From Gemmatimonadales bacterium (lineage in GTDB: Bacteria; Gemmatimonadota; Gemmatimonadetes; Gemmatimonadales; GWC2-71-9): DNA of 64,000 nucleotides. The stretch lies in NCBI GenBank assembly GCA_035519565.1, contig DATIWD010000081.1, forward strand, positions 579 to 64,578, written 5' to 3'. Position 1 is the stretch's first letter. Each line of letters begins with the position of its first letter. The notes under the pieces are model-generated. The model was not told the DNA's origin, ran no database searches, and saw nothing but the letters and a program-made list of their open reading frames with translations. A program made the position numbers and the translations under genes. This document shows, piece by piece, positions 20,147-29,581 of the stretch.

Positions 20147-22930
20147 TTACGGAATGGCGGGTCCTACCGGCTGGCGGCTCAGATTCACGATCTCTTCGTG
20201 GGACAGGGGCCCGGGCGCCGTGAGCAAGCGGGCGATCCCCTCGGGGGGAAGCGGGGGCGCAAAGTAGTAGCCCTGGCCCCACTCGCAACCCAGTCCGATC
20301 AGGGCCATCCGTTGCTCGGCGATCTCCACGCCCTCGGCGATGGTGCTGAGCTTGAGGGTCTCGCCCAGCGCGATGATCGCCCGTGCCAGGGCGGACTTGT
20401 CCACGCCCGAGGCGACCTCCTCCACGAACGGTTTGGCGATCTTCAGCACATCGATCGGGAAGCGCTGGAGGTAGCTCAGCGAGGAATACCCGGTCCCGAA
20501 ATCGTCGATCGCCAGCCGAACGCCAAGACCTTTGAGCTGATTGAGCCGATCGAGGACCGAGGCAGTCTCCTGCATGAGGACGCTCTCGGTGATCTCGAGC
20601 ATGACCATCTCGGGAGGAACCTTGGCGTCGGCCAGCGCCTGGCGAGTCTCCTGCACGATGTCCAGCTCGTGCAGCTGCCGCCCCGACACGTTGACCGAGA
20701 CCAGCAGCTGGCTGCTGGAGGGAGACTGCCGCCAGCGCCGGAGCTGCAAGCATGCCTCGCCCAGCACCCAGCGGCCCAGCTGAACAATGAGCCCGGTCTC
20801 CTCGGCGAGCGGAACGAAGTGCTGAGGCAGCAGATGCCCGTAGAAGGGGTGCTCCCACCGCACCAGGGCCTCGACCCCGCGAACCGCGCCGGTACGCATG
20901 GAGACGATCGGCTGGTAGACCAGGCTGAGCTCGTTCTGTTCGATGGCCGCCCGGAGCGCCGCCTCCATCTCGAGACGGTGCTTGACGTCCGAATGCATCT
21001 GGTAGTGATAGGTCTCCGAACGCGCCTTGCCCCGGCGCTTGGCGGTGTACATCGCCATGTCCGCGTTGCGGAGCAGGTCGTCCGCGGTGTCGTCCGGTGT
21101 CGCGACCGCGATGCCGATGCTGGTGCTGACATGGACCTCGTTGCCGCTGAGCGAGAAGGGCCGGGACATCGCGGCGGAGAGCCGCTCCAGCAGGTTGGCC
21201 TGCCCGTCGCCGCCGTTGAGGTCCTCGATCAGAATCGCGAACTCGTCGCCACCCAGCCGGGCGATGGTATCGGTCGCGCGGGCGCAGCTGCGGAACCGGT
21301 CCGCCGCGGCCACCAGGAGCCGGTCTCCCTCGGCGTGACCCAGGCTGTCATTGACCTTCTTGAAGTCGTCGAGGTCGAGGAACAGAACGCTGATCGAGTG
21401 TCCCTGACGACGGGCCAGCGCCAACGCATGGCTGACCCGGTCCCGGAACAGGGCGCGGTTGGCCAACCCGGTCAGCGGGTCGTGGAACGCCTGGTGGGTC
21501 AGCTGCTTCTCGAGCCGCTTCCGTTCGCTCACGTCGCGGCAGTTGAGCACGATCCCGCGCACGGCCGGCTCCTCCAGCAGGTTGGTCGCGATGATCTCCG
21601 CGTGGAGCATCGAGCCATCCGGCTGACCGAAGCGCCACTCGATCGGAGCACTGACCTCCTTCGCCCGGCCGGCCTCGCGGAGATAGGTGCGGGCGCGAGT
21701 CTGATCCTCGGAAATGATGAGATCGATCAGCGCCCGCCCCACCAGTGGTCCGGCCTGGTATCGCAGCAGGCGCTCGACCGCCGGGCTCACGAAGCCGATG
21801 GTTCCATCGGCCCCGATCACGAAAATGACGTCTGAGGAGTGCTGCACCAGCGAGCGAAAGCGCACCTCCGTCTCTCGCGCCGTGGTTTCCGCCAGGAGAC
21901 GCACGCTCTGCCGCACGGCCAGCAACTGGCGAATGATCAGCAGAATCGTGCCGACCACACCACCGATGACGACCAGACTGAATCGGCCTCGCCATGGCGC
22001 GACTGCGTCGGCCAGCATGATGAGGTAGCTGCTGACCACGGCCAGGTAGGGGAGCGGGTTGACCGGCATCGACGAACCGCTCGGCCGGGCACTCCAGGTC
22101 TCCGGCGCCACCGGCGTCCGATAGTACAGCTCGGCGCTCGCCGACATGAGGACGAGACAGAGCAGGTAGATGAAGTCGATCAGACTGGAGATCCCCTGCG
22201 TCGCTCCGAAGCGGGTCAAGGCGAACGTCAGGTCGGCGACAATCCCCACCAGGACGGAGGCGACCAGCAACCGGAAGGCCGAGTGGTTGGCGTCCATCGG
22301 ACCCCTGATCAGCACCGCCGTGACGCCAAGGAGGACCAGCAGGCTCCCGAGCGGGCGGGCGAGGGTCAGAATCGCTCCGGTCACGCCTCCGGAGTGGGGT
22401 GCTGCCCCCTGAAGCAGAGACGAGGACCAGAGCGCCGTTCCCCCACCGACCAGCACCATGGCCACGTCGAGCAGGAACTTCCAACGATCCTCCCGCAGCG
22501 GGCGGGAGAGCGGGAAGGAGAGCAGGGCCGCGAACATCAGGAGGCTGTCGGACAGGTAGAACGCGTCCGCCCAGTACCCCGGTGGGTTTCGTTCGAGAGC
22601 CAACATCGAGAACGCCAGGACCGCGCTTCCGATGAGCGCGACGCCGGCGCCAGCAGCGAGAAGTCGGAGGGCCTGCCGCACACCCGATTCGAGAACACTC
22701 CGTCCCGCGGCCAGCAGCAGCAACACCATGAGGACCGCGTGGAGCGGCAACAGCGCCAGGTTGGAGACGAGATCGCGCGGACCCGGATTTCCCCACCCCG
22801 CGCTCTCCCACAGCATGCAGGTCAGGGCATAGACGGCGACCAGCCCCGTGACCCACCCCACCGGGAGGGACATGGCTGCCCCGCCGGCCGGCCGAGTGCG
22901 ACTCTGGGACTCTCGTCTGCGATTAGACAT
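20147..22930 (-). CDS. Membrane-bound PAS-GGDEF-EAL c-di-GMP turnover protein
   Basis: The N-terminal ~330 aa is polytopic. Then come a PAS segment (FRSLVQHSSDVIFVIGADGTIGFVSP), GGDEF (RLGGDEFAIL), and EAL (EALVRWEHP, DDFGTGYSSLSYL). Confidence 0.9.
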   Translation of the reverse strand: MSNRRRESQSRTRPAGGAAMSLPVGWVTGLVAVYALTCMLWESAGWGNPGPRDLVSNLALLPLHAVLMVLLLLAAGRSVLESGVRQALRLLAAGAGVALIGSAVLAFSMLALERNPPGYWADAFYLSDSLLMFAALLSFPLSRPLREDRWKFLLDVAMVLVGGGTALWSSSLLQGAAPHSGGVTGAILTLARPLGSLLVLLGVTAVLIRGPMDANHSAFRLLVASVLVGIVADLTFALTRFGATQGISSLIDFIYLLCLVLMSASAELYYRTPVAPETWSARPSGSSMPVNPLPYLAVVSSYLIMLADAVAPWRGRFSLVVIGGVVGTILLIIRQLLAVRQSVRLLAETTARETEVRFRSLVQHSSDVIFVIGADGTIGFVSPAVERLLRYQAGPLVGRALIDLIISEDQTRARTYLREAGRAKEVSAPIEWRFGQPDGSMLHAEIIATNLLEEPAVRGIVLNCRDVSERKRLEKQLTHQAFHDPLTGLANRALFRDRVSHALALARRQGHSISVLFLDLDDFKKVNDSLGHAEGDRLLVAAADRFRSCARATDTIARLGGDEFAILIEDLNGGDGQANLLERLSAAMSRPFSLSGNEVHVSTSIGIAVATPDDTADDLLRNADMAMYTAKRRGKARSETYHYQMHSDVKHRLEMEAALRAAIEQNELSLVYQPIVSMRTGAVRGVEALVRWEHPFYGHLLPQHFVPLAEETGLIVQLGRWVLGEACLQLRRWRQSPSSSQLLVSVNVSGRQLHELDIVQETRQALADAKVPPEMVMLEITESVLMQETASVLDRLNQLKGLGVRLAIDDFGTGYSSLSYLQRFPIDVLKIAKPFVEEVASGVDKSALARAIIALGETLKLSTIAEGVEIAEQRMALIGLGCEWGQGYYFAPPLPPEGIARLLTAPGPLSHEEIVNLSRQPVGPAIP

Positions 22931-23198
22931 TCGCTTGCGTTTCGCCTCGCAGGGCTACCAAGCGGGGGCACAGCCACAGGCTGAGCCCAGCCGTGTAAGT
23001 GCAAGTAAACCAAGATGTTCTAGGCGGTTCGAATTGCAACGTATGCTTTCAGAGCCGCCCAGCTCAAACCGGCTCGATTGAAGGCAATCATGATGCCGTG
23101 GGCCCGAGAAAACACTGAAGAGATTCGTAACATGCCGGGCGACCGGCTGTGACCTATGACCTGGAGGCTGCGGGCTGCGGAGGGGGGCTGCCGAGGAG

Positions 23199-23432
23199 CT
23201 AATCCTTGAACGGCGACTTGGTCGAGCGAGTGGGTGGTGGGGCGCTGGAATCGAGGAGCCGCTGTAGCTCTTCCTTACTTAGCTCGAAGGGGTCTTTCTC
23301 GTAGCCTGGCGCCGGCGCGGTGCGGGCCCGCTCACGGTTGTCCCCCACCGGCTCTAGATCCCACTCGGTTCGGGAGCGGATCCGGATTTCCCACTCTCTT
23401 CCATCACGATCGATGAATTTCCGGAAGGCCAT
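23199..23432 (-). CDS. Small conserved hypothetical protein (possible paralogue of 8733..9008)
   Basis: 77 aa, starting MAFRKFIDRDGREWEIRIRSRTEWDLEP and ending LSKEELQRLLDSS. The layout matches the 91-aa protein. Confidence 0.5.
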   Translation of the reverse strand: MAFRKFIDRDGREWEIRIRSRTEWDLEPVGDNRERARTAPAPGYEKDPFELSKEELQRLLDSSAPPPTRSTKSPFKD

Positions 23433-23616
23433 GGGCAGCCTCGGCGGTCAGGGCCGCACCAGCGCACGAGAGACCACCCTCAGCAGCGGCTTCCGTGCCG
23501 GGAACGGGACGGGTGGTGCAACAGAGCGAATCTAGATCGGTCCCAAACCCCTGCAAGCGGCGCCAAGTCCGGGGGGAGCTATGGCCAGCCCTGTCGGCAG
23601 CTGCTCACTCAGCGCT

Positions 23617-24234
23617 CTACGCCGGGCTCGGCGCGCCGCCCTCCTCCTCGATGTACTTCTCCGGATGCCGGGCCATCTCCTTCCGGAAATAGCGGCGTAG
23701 AGTCACGACGTCGTCAGGTTCGCTGGGACCCGCCTGGAACGGGGGGCCGATACCCACGCACCGCGACTGGTAGTCGAACCAGACCGGCACGATCGGCACG
23801 CCGGCCCCGAACGCGATCCGGTGGAAACCCGTCTTCCAGTGGGGCACCGGCCGGCGGGTTCCTTCCGGGGAGAGCGCCAGGACCCACGAGGGCCGCTCGC
23901 CGAAATGTCTGATCGCGACGCCCACCGTGCCATGCTCCACCGCTCGATCAATCGGCTCGCCACCGAGCCAGCGCAGCACCGGGGCCACGGGAAACCGGAA
24001 GATCGTGTGTTTGCCCAGCCAACTCGCTCGGAGGTCCAGGGCGAACATAGCCAGAACGCCGACGAAGAAGTCCCAGTTCGAAGTGTGGGGCGCCACGATG
24101 AGGACGAACTTCGGTAGCGGCGGCATCGCCCCCTCGATGCGCCAGCCGACCATTCGAAGACCCCAGCGGCCCAACGCGTGGGTGAGTGCGTTGCCTCGGC
24201 GGGGATAGTCCAGGCCGGGGCCGTCAGGAATCAC
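23617..24234 (-). CDS. Lysophospholipid/1-acylglycerol-3-phosphate acyltransferase family protein
   Basis: It has the H(X)4D acyltransferase motif (APHTSNWDF) and a downstream SPEGTR block. Confidence 0.8.
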   Translation of the reverse strand: MIPDGPGLDYPRRGNALTHALGRWGLRMVGWRIEGAMPPLPKFVLIVAPHTSNWDFFVGVLAMFALDLRASWLGKHTIFRFPVAPVLRWLGGEPIDRAVEHGTVGVAIRHFGERPSWVLALSPEGTRRPVPHWKTGFHRIAFGAGVPIVPVWFDYQSRCVGIGPPFQAGPSEPDDVVTLRRYFRKEMARHPEKYIEEEGGAPSPA

Positions 24235-24259
24235 TGTTGGGAGTCAGGGCGGGAGAAGC

Positions 24260-26926
24260 TCAGTGCCCGAGCCGGGTCTTGAGCTCGGCGAACCAGTTAC
24301 TGACCAGGACCAGTCGCCCGGTGTTCGCGCGATGGGCCAGGCGATCGGTCGAAGCCAGAAACAGGAACGACCGGCCGTCCGGTGTGACCTCGAATGACTG
24401 ATGGTAGAAGTCGATGTCGTAGTCGGCGACGGAGAAGAGCGGCGTGCGCTGGGCCACCGCGAACGTCGGAGCGGTCACGATGCGAGCCGCGATCAGCTGG
24501 TTCCCATTGAGAAAGTACAGCTCGCTGCCGTCGGGCGACCAGCGCGGGGCCCCGCCCCCACCAATCGACACCTGCCACCGGCCGCTCGCGGCGTTCGGGA
24601 ACGGGCGCACGTAGACCTCGTATTGCCCCGACTCGTTCGAGGAGTAGGCCATCCAGTGTCCGTCCCGGGAGAGGGACGGGTGCAGTTCCTCGAACTGGGT
24701 GGCGGCCAACGGTACCGCAGCGGTATCGCCGCTGGTCCGCTTGCCCACGATGTCTCCGTGACCCTCGGCCGCGTCGTCAGTCCGCATGAGCAGCCACTGG
24801 CCGTCGCGCGACCAATCCGCCGATTGAATCGGCCGGTCAAGACTGGCCAGCAGCCGATCCTGCCCGCTCCCGTCGGAACGATGGGCATAGACGTTGCCCC
24901 CGCTCAGGGTGTCTCGGATATAGGCGACCTCACTCCCATCCGGTGACCAGACCGGTCGCCGCCCCTGTCCGGAGAAGGTCAGGCGGGTGAACGGTCCGTG
25001 ATCCAGCTCCTTGATCCAGATGTCGAAGCCGTCACCCGAAGCGGCACCCACCGCGACCCGCTTGCCATCCCGCGACAGCGCAAACGAATTGAACCTTCCC
25101 ACAAAGGCCGAATCGATCCGGGAGACCCTGCCGCTCCGGTCCACCCGCACCATGGTCCGATCGAGGCTGCCAACCCCAGCCCCCTGCACGTACAACAGCG
25201 TCCCCGACTCGCTGACCCCCAGCTGCACCGACGAGCTGTTGAGCACCTCGATGTTTTCGAGGACCGGCGAGGCGGTGCCGGTGAGCTTGAGGCTGCGGAG
25301 GTCGAAGGGGGCGGCCATCGCCACTCCGTCGCGGCGCACATACAGGATGTGACCGGTGGGGAGATACCAGGCTCGGGTGGCGTTGGGCACCAGGGTGGTG
25401 AACTTGCCTGACTTGAGGTCCACCACGGCCAGCTCCTGTGTGATGCAGTTCGAGTTGCAGAGCGTGACGAATACGCCACGAGCACCGGGGAGAGGATCGG
25501 CCATCGCGGCCGCCCGTCCCGACATCTGGGCCGTCGTCACCAGCGGAGTCGACGCGCCGCCGGCCTGGTTCATTCGCCGCAGGCCCAGGGTCTGATCGGT
25601 ATAGACCAGGGTTCCATCGTCGAGCCACGCCAGGCCACCGAAGATGCTGCTGGCCGAATCGGCCAGGGTGATGGCCCCGCCCCCGTCGGTCCGCACCTTT
25701 CTGAGCTTGGTGCCGGTGACGAAGGCGATCCACTGCCCATCGGGAGAGAATGCCGGCATCCGTGCTCCCTGGGTCTCCGGCAGCAACCGCGCGTGCAGAT
25801 CATCCCGGCTCCGGACCCAGAGCCGACCGCCGGCGTTCTCCTCGATGAAGGCGATGTGCGATCCATCCCGGGAGATCGCCAATACCGGCACTTGATCCAC
25901 CAGCAACCCCACACTGTCGGAGAGGGTCACGAAGTCCCGGGTCACCGGCGGTGATGGAGAACGCCGAAGCCAGCCAAAGGCGGCCAGTAAGATCGCTAGG
26001 CCGGCCGCGACCCACCCCGCGAGTGGTTGCCACCTTCGGCCAGCCCCGAGCGCTGCGGGAGTCGCTGCGGTTGCTCGACCGGAGATCGTTGGTGCCCGAC
26101 CGGCCAGCGCCTCGGAGAACTGGGCGGCGGTCGAGAACCGGTCGGCGGGAAGCTTCTCCAGCGCAGTCAGCACCGCCTGCTCCACGTGGGCCGGAATCGT
26201 GTGTCGTTGGGAGATCAGCGGCCGGGGATGCTCGGTGAGGACCCGGGCCACGATCGCCTGGGCGGTGGCGCCGGTGAAGGGCGGCTCGCCGGTCAGCATC
26301 TCGTAGACCACGCACCCCAGCGCGTATACATCCGAGCGGGCCGTGATCTCCCGCTCGCCCATGGCCTGCTCCGGACTCATGTAGTGGGGGGTGCCGAGAC
26401 TCATCCCGGTCTCGGTCATCCGGCTGCCACCCGCGCTGCTCACCGCGAGGGCGATGCCGAAGTCGGCCACCAGGGCCTGGCCGTCGTGGAGCAGGATGTT
26501 CTCGGGCTTGATGTCCCGGTGGATCACGCCGTGGCGATGCGCGTAATCGAGAGCGCCGGCCACTTCGCGACCGATCCGCACTGCGTCGTCCACCGGCAGC
26601 TGCTTCTCCCGGTTGAGCCGGTCGCGCAGCGATTCGCCCTCGACGTAGGGCATGACGTAGAAGACGGTCCCGTCCACCTCTCCCGAGTCATGCAGCGGGA
26701 GAATGTGGGGATGCTGCAGGTTGGCCGTGGTCTTGATCTCGTGGAGGAACCGCTCGGCGCCCAGCACCGCGGCCAGCTCAGGTCGCAGGACCTTGAGGGC
26801 GACGTGCCGATCGTGGCGGAGGTCCTGGGCCAGATAGACGGTCGCCATCCCGCCCGAGCCGAGCTCGCGCTCGATGCGATAGCGATCGGAGAGCGCCGTC
26901 GTCAGGCGCGTGGAGGGGTCGCTCAC
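24260..26926 (-). CDS. Receptor Ser/Thr protein kinase K2: kinase + TM + PD40 beta-propeller
   Basis: Kinase motifs are GSGGMATVY, HRDIKPEN, DFG and GTPHYMSPEQ. The TM segment is LAGWVAAGLAILLAAFGWL. Blades include AFSPDGQWIAF, VWSPDGSEVAY and RWSPDGSELYF. Confidence 0.92.
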   Translation of the reverse strand: MSDPSTRLTTALSDRYRIERELGSGGMATVYLAQDLRHDRHVALKVLRPELAAVLGAERFLHEIKTTANLQHPHILPLHDSGEVDGTVFYVMPYVEGESLRDRLNREKQLPVDDAVRIGREVAGALDYAHRHGVIHRDIKPENILLHDGQALVADFGIALAVSSAGGSRMTETGMSLGTPHYMSPEQAMGEREITARSDVYALGCVVYEMLTGEPPFTGATAQAIVARVLTEHPRPLISQRHTIPAHVEQAVLTALEKLPADRFSTAAQFSEALAGRAPTISGRATAATPAALGAGRRWQPLAGWVAAGLAILLAAFGWLRRSPSPPVTRDFVTLSDSVGLLVDQVPVLAISRDGSHIAFIEENAGGRLWVRSRDDLHARLLPETQGARMPAFSPDGQWIAFVTGTKLRKVRTDGGGAITLADSASSIFGGLAWLDDGTLVYTDQTLGLRRMNQAGGASTPLVTTAQMSGRAAAMADPLPGARGVFVTLCNSNCITQELAVVDLKSGKFTTLVPNATRAWYLPTGHILYVRRDGVAMAAPFDLRSLKLTGTASPVLENIEVLNSSSVQLGVSESGTLLYVQGAGVGSLDRTMVRVDRSGRVSRIDSAFVGRFNSFALSRDGKRVAVGAASGDGFDIWIKELDHGPFTRLTFSGQGRRPVWSPDGSEVAYIRDTLSGGNVYAHRSDGSGQDRLLASLDRPIQSADWSRDGQWLLMRTDDAAEGHGDIVGKRTSGDTAAVPLAATQFEELHPSLSRDGHWMAYSSNESGQYEVYVRPFPNAASGRWQVSIGGGGAPRWSPDGSELYFLNGNQLIAARIVTAPTFAVAQRTPLFSVADYDIDFYHQSFEVTPDGRSFLFLASTDRLAHRANTGRLVLVSNWFAELKTRLGH

Positions 26927-26929
26927 AGG

Positions 26930-29581
26930 CTACCTATGCTCTCGGCGCAACTGGTCGAACCAGTTCAGCGTGACGTACACGGTCTGCGCGGCGCCCTGCA
27001 CTTGCTGAAACAGCGTGAAGTTCTGCCCGTCCGGCGTGACGTCGTAATCTCGCATGCCGGCGAACTGGTTGTATCCCCCGGAAAAGAGCTCGGTCCGGTT
27101 GCCGACCTCGAACCCGCCCTGGGTGCGGACCGCGGCAGCCATCATCCGGTCGGTGATCCGATAGAAGATCTCGCGACCATTGGGAGACCAGACCGGCTCG
27201 ACGCCACCGTTGAGCGACACTTGCCACCGGCCTCCCGGGCCGGGGTAGGGGCGCACATAGACTTCGGGGCGACCCGATTCGTCGGACACGTAGGCCATCC
27301 ATTTCCCATCGGGCGAGAGGGCGGGACTGAAGTTGTTGAAGCCGCTGGCCAGCACTTGCTGCGGTGTGCGGTCCCCGCTGGTGGCGACGCGCCAGATGGC
27401 CGACTTGGTCTGCTCCTGAGTTCTCCCATAGTAGAGAAGTGCCTTGCCTCCCGGCTCGAAAGTCGCCGGGAACCATCGCCCGGCCGTGGTGACCAGAGAC
27501 TCGGGCGGACTGCTCCCATCAGCCAGGACCCAGTAGATCGAGGTGGCGAACGCACCAAACCCTCCCGGGCTCCGTTGGTACGCGATCCGCCGGCCGTCCG
27601 GCGACCACACCGCGTAGTCGGCGGTGGTATCGAAGGTCAGCCGGGTCCGGACCCGTTGCTTCAGATCGAGGATCCAGATATCGACCGACCCGAGGTTGGC
27701 ATCGGTGAAACGGCTCACGGTAACGCGCTTCCCGTCAGGCGAGATCCGGCCGTTGTAGTAGTAACCGCTGTCGGAGCCGGCCGGCCGGGCGACGCCACTG
27801 CGATCCACCAGCAGGAGCCAGTTCCCCGAAGTCACCGAAGACTGAAAAGCCATGTCGCCCGAAGCGGAGATCCCCATGTTCCGGTCGCCATTGGCACTGG
27901 TGAACAGCTTGTCGGTGACCGGCAGTGCGGCGCCGGTGACCTCCAGCCGCTTGGCGTCGAAGGGAACCGCGGTGACGAGCCCGGAAGGATCGGAGAGCAC
28001 GACGAAACCGCCATTGATGTAGCGCGGATAACCGCCGACCTGAGCCAGGCGTTTGACCTGCCCGCTGGTCCGAACCAGGACAGCCAGCTTCAGTGACCCA
28101 TGCCCGTACGCGCTCAGGAGCACTGCCCGGCCATCTGGCAAGGCCTCCGGCCAGAGCAGGGTCTCGCCGCTGTCCGGCTTCGCGATCCGTCGCGGGGTGC
28201 CGCCGGCTGCCGGAACCTCGAACAGACCGGTATCGGAAGCGAAGACGATCGTATCCCCAGGCAGCCAGGTTGCCCCGTAGGTGTTGCCGGGTGCGTCGCA
28301 CAGTGGGGTGACGGGGCCGCCGGCCAGCGCGACCTTGACCAGTTTGTTGTCCTGCTTGAACCCCACCGTCCGGCTGTCGGCGGAGAAGAAGGGGAGGATG
28401 GCGCCTTCCGACCCCGGAATCGGGACCGGATCGACCTGATCCATGCCGCGGACGTAGAGTCGCTGCCCCGAAGGCGCCTTGCCGACGTACACGATGCGGG
28501 AGCCATCCGGCGAAAACGCGATGGTTGATCCCGTAGCGCCGACCGGTTCCGCGTCGCGGGGCAGCACGACCCCGAAGCGAACGACCTGTCGAGGCAGGCC
28601 GGCCGGTCGGGGACGCGCGACGGCCCAGAGCCCGGCACCCGTTGCCGCCGCCAGGATCAGACTGGAGGCCATGATGAGCCGCTGGCGCCGCCTTCCCGCT
28701 CCAGTGAGCGCAACCGCTGGGGAAGCGGCGGTCATCAGGGGAATACTCCCCGGATGGGTCAGTGCGTCCGCGAACTGGCTGGCCGAAGTGAATCGATCGG
28801 CGGGGAGCTTCTCGAGCGCCATCCGCGCGGCCGCTTCGACGTGGGCCGGAATGGTGTGGCGCTGTAGCGTGAGGGACCGGGGTGTCTCCGTCATCACCCG
28901 GGCAATGATCGCCTGCGCGGTGGGGCCGGTGAACGGTGGCTCCCCCGCCAGCATCTCGTAGAGCACGCAGCCCAGGGCGTACACATCCGCGCGAGGCGTG
29001 ATCTCCCGTTCGCCCATCGCCTGCTCGGGCGCCATGTAGAACGGCGTGCCGAGACTCATCCCGGTCTCGGTCATCCGGGTGCTGCCGTCGGAACGAGAGG
29101 CGGCAAACGCGATCCCGAAATCCGCGACCAGGGCGCTCCCGTCGTGGAGCAGAATGTTTTCCGGCTTGACGTCCCGGTGGATCACGCCATGCCGGTGCGC
29201 GTAATCGAGGGCGCTCGCCACTTCCCGCGTGATCCGGACCGCCTCGTCCACCGACAGCTGCTTCTCCCGGTTGAGCTTGTCGCGGAGTGACTCCCCCTCG
29301 ACGAAGGGCATGACATAGTAGACGATGCCGTCCGCCTCGCCCGAGTCGTGCAAGGCCAGGATGTGAGGATGCTGCAGGTTGGCGGTGAGCTGGATTTCCT
29401 TGAGGAAGCGTTCGCCCCCGAGAATGGCGGCCAGCTCGGGTCGCAGGACCTTGAGGGCCACCTTGCGATTATGGCGGACGTCCTGCGCGAGGTACACGGT
29501 CGCCATGCCACCCGAGCCGAGCTCGCGCTCGATGCGGTAGCGGTCCTCCAACGCGTGGACCAGGCGCTCGGGAGCGGTCAC
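26930..29581 (-). CDS. Receptor Ser/Thr protein kinase K3: kinase + TM + PD40 beta-propeller
   Basis: Kinase motifs are GSGGMATVY, HRDVKPEN, DFG and GTPFYMAPEQ. The TM segment is LIMASSLILAAATGAGLWAV. Blades include AFSPDGSRIVY, RISPDGKRVTV, VWSPDGRRIAY and ALSPDGKWMAY. I set the start at GTG 29579-29581, which overlaps the PP2C stop (GTGA). The tracked ATG at 29665 would overlap PP2C by 88 nt. Confidence 0.9.
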   Translation of the reverse strand: MTAPERLVHALEDRYRIERELGSGGMATVYLAQDVRHNRKVALKVLRPELAAILGGERFLKEIQLTANLQHPHILALHDSGEADGIVYYVMPFVEGESLRDKLNREKQLSVDEAVRITREVASALDYAHRHGVIHRDVKPENILLHDGSALVADFGIAFAASRSDGSTRMTETGMSLGTPFYMAPEQAMGEREITPRADVYALGCVLYEMLAGEPPFTGPTAQAIIARVMTETPRSLTLQRHTIPAHVEAAARMALEKLPADRFTSASQFADALTHPGSIPLMTAASPAVALTGAGRRRQRLIMASSLILAAATGAGLWAVARPRPAGLPRQVVRFGVVLPRDAEPVGATGSTIAFSPDGSRIVYVGKAPSGQRLYVRGMDQVDPVPIPGSEGAILPFFSADSRTVGFKQDNKLVKVALAGGPVTPLCDAPGNTYGATWLPGDTIVFASDTGLFEVPAAGGTPRRIAKPDSGETLLWPEALPDGRAVLLSAYGHGSLKLAVLVRTSGQVKRLAQVGGYPRYINGGFVVLSDPSGLVTAVPFDAKRLEVTGAALPVTDKLFTSANGDRNMGISASGDMAFQSSVTSGNWLLLVDRSGVARPAGSDSGYYYNGRISPDGKRVTVSRFTDANLGSVDIWILDLKQRVRTRLTFDTTADYAVWSPDGRRIAYQRSPGGFGAFATSIYWVLADGSSPPESLVTTAGRWFPATFEPGGKALLYYGRTQEQTKSAIWRVATSGDRTPQQVLASGFNNFSPALSPDGKWMAYVSDESGRPEVYVRPYPGPGGRWQVSLNGGVEPVWSPNGREIFYRITDRMMAAAVRTQGGFEVGNRTELFSGGYNQFAGMRDYDVTPDGQNFTLFQQVQGAAQTVYVTLNWFDQLRREHR

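Noticed and set aside
20088-20858. 257-codon N-terminal extension of the K1 ORF (tracked as 17463..20858)
   Set aside because: It overlaps the EAL domain of the upstream gene in another frame and is Arg/Ala/Gly-rich. It would give K1 an N-terminus unlike K2-K4. The GTG at 20087 restores the common DRYRIERELG spacing.
26027-28096. 689-aa + strand ORF, with similar long + ORFs at 20099-21835, 37645-39624, 41055-42608, 43582-44778 and 58106-59320
   Set aside because: All of them lie antisense to minus-strand genes with clear family motifs. Their products are low-complexity (R/G/P/H/D-rich) and carry no recognisable domain.
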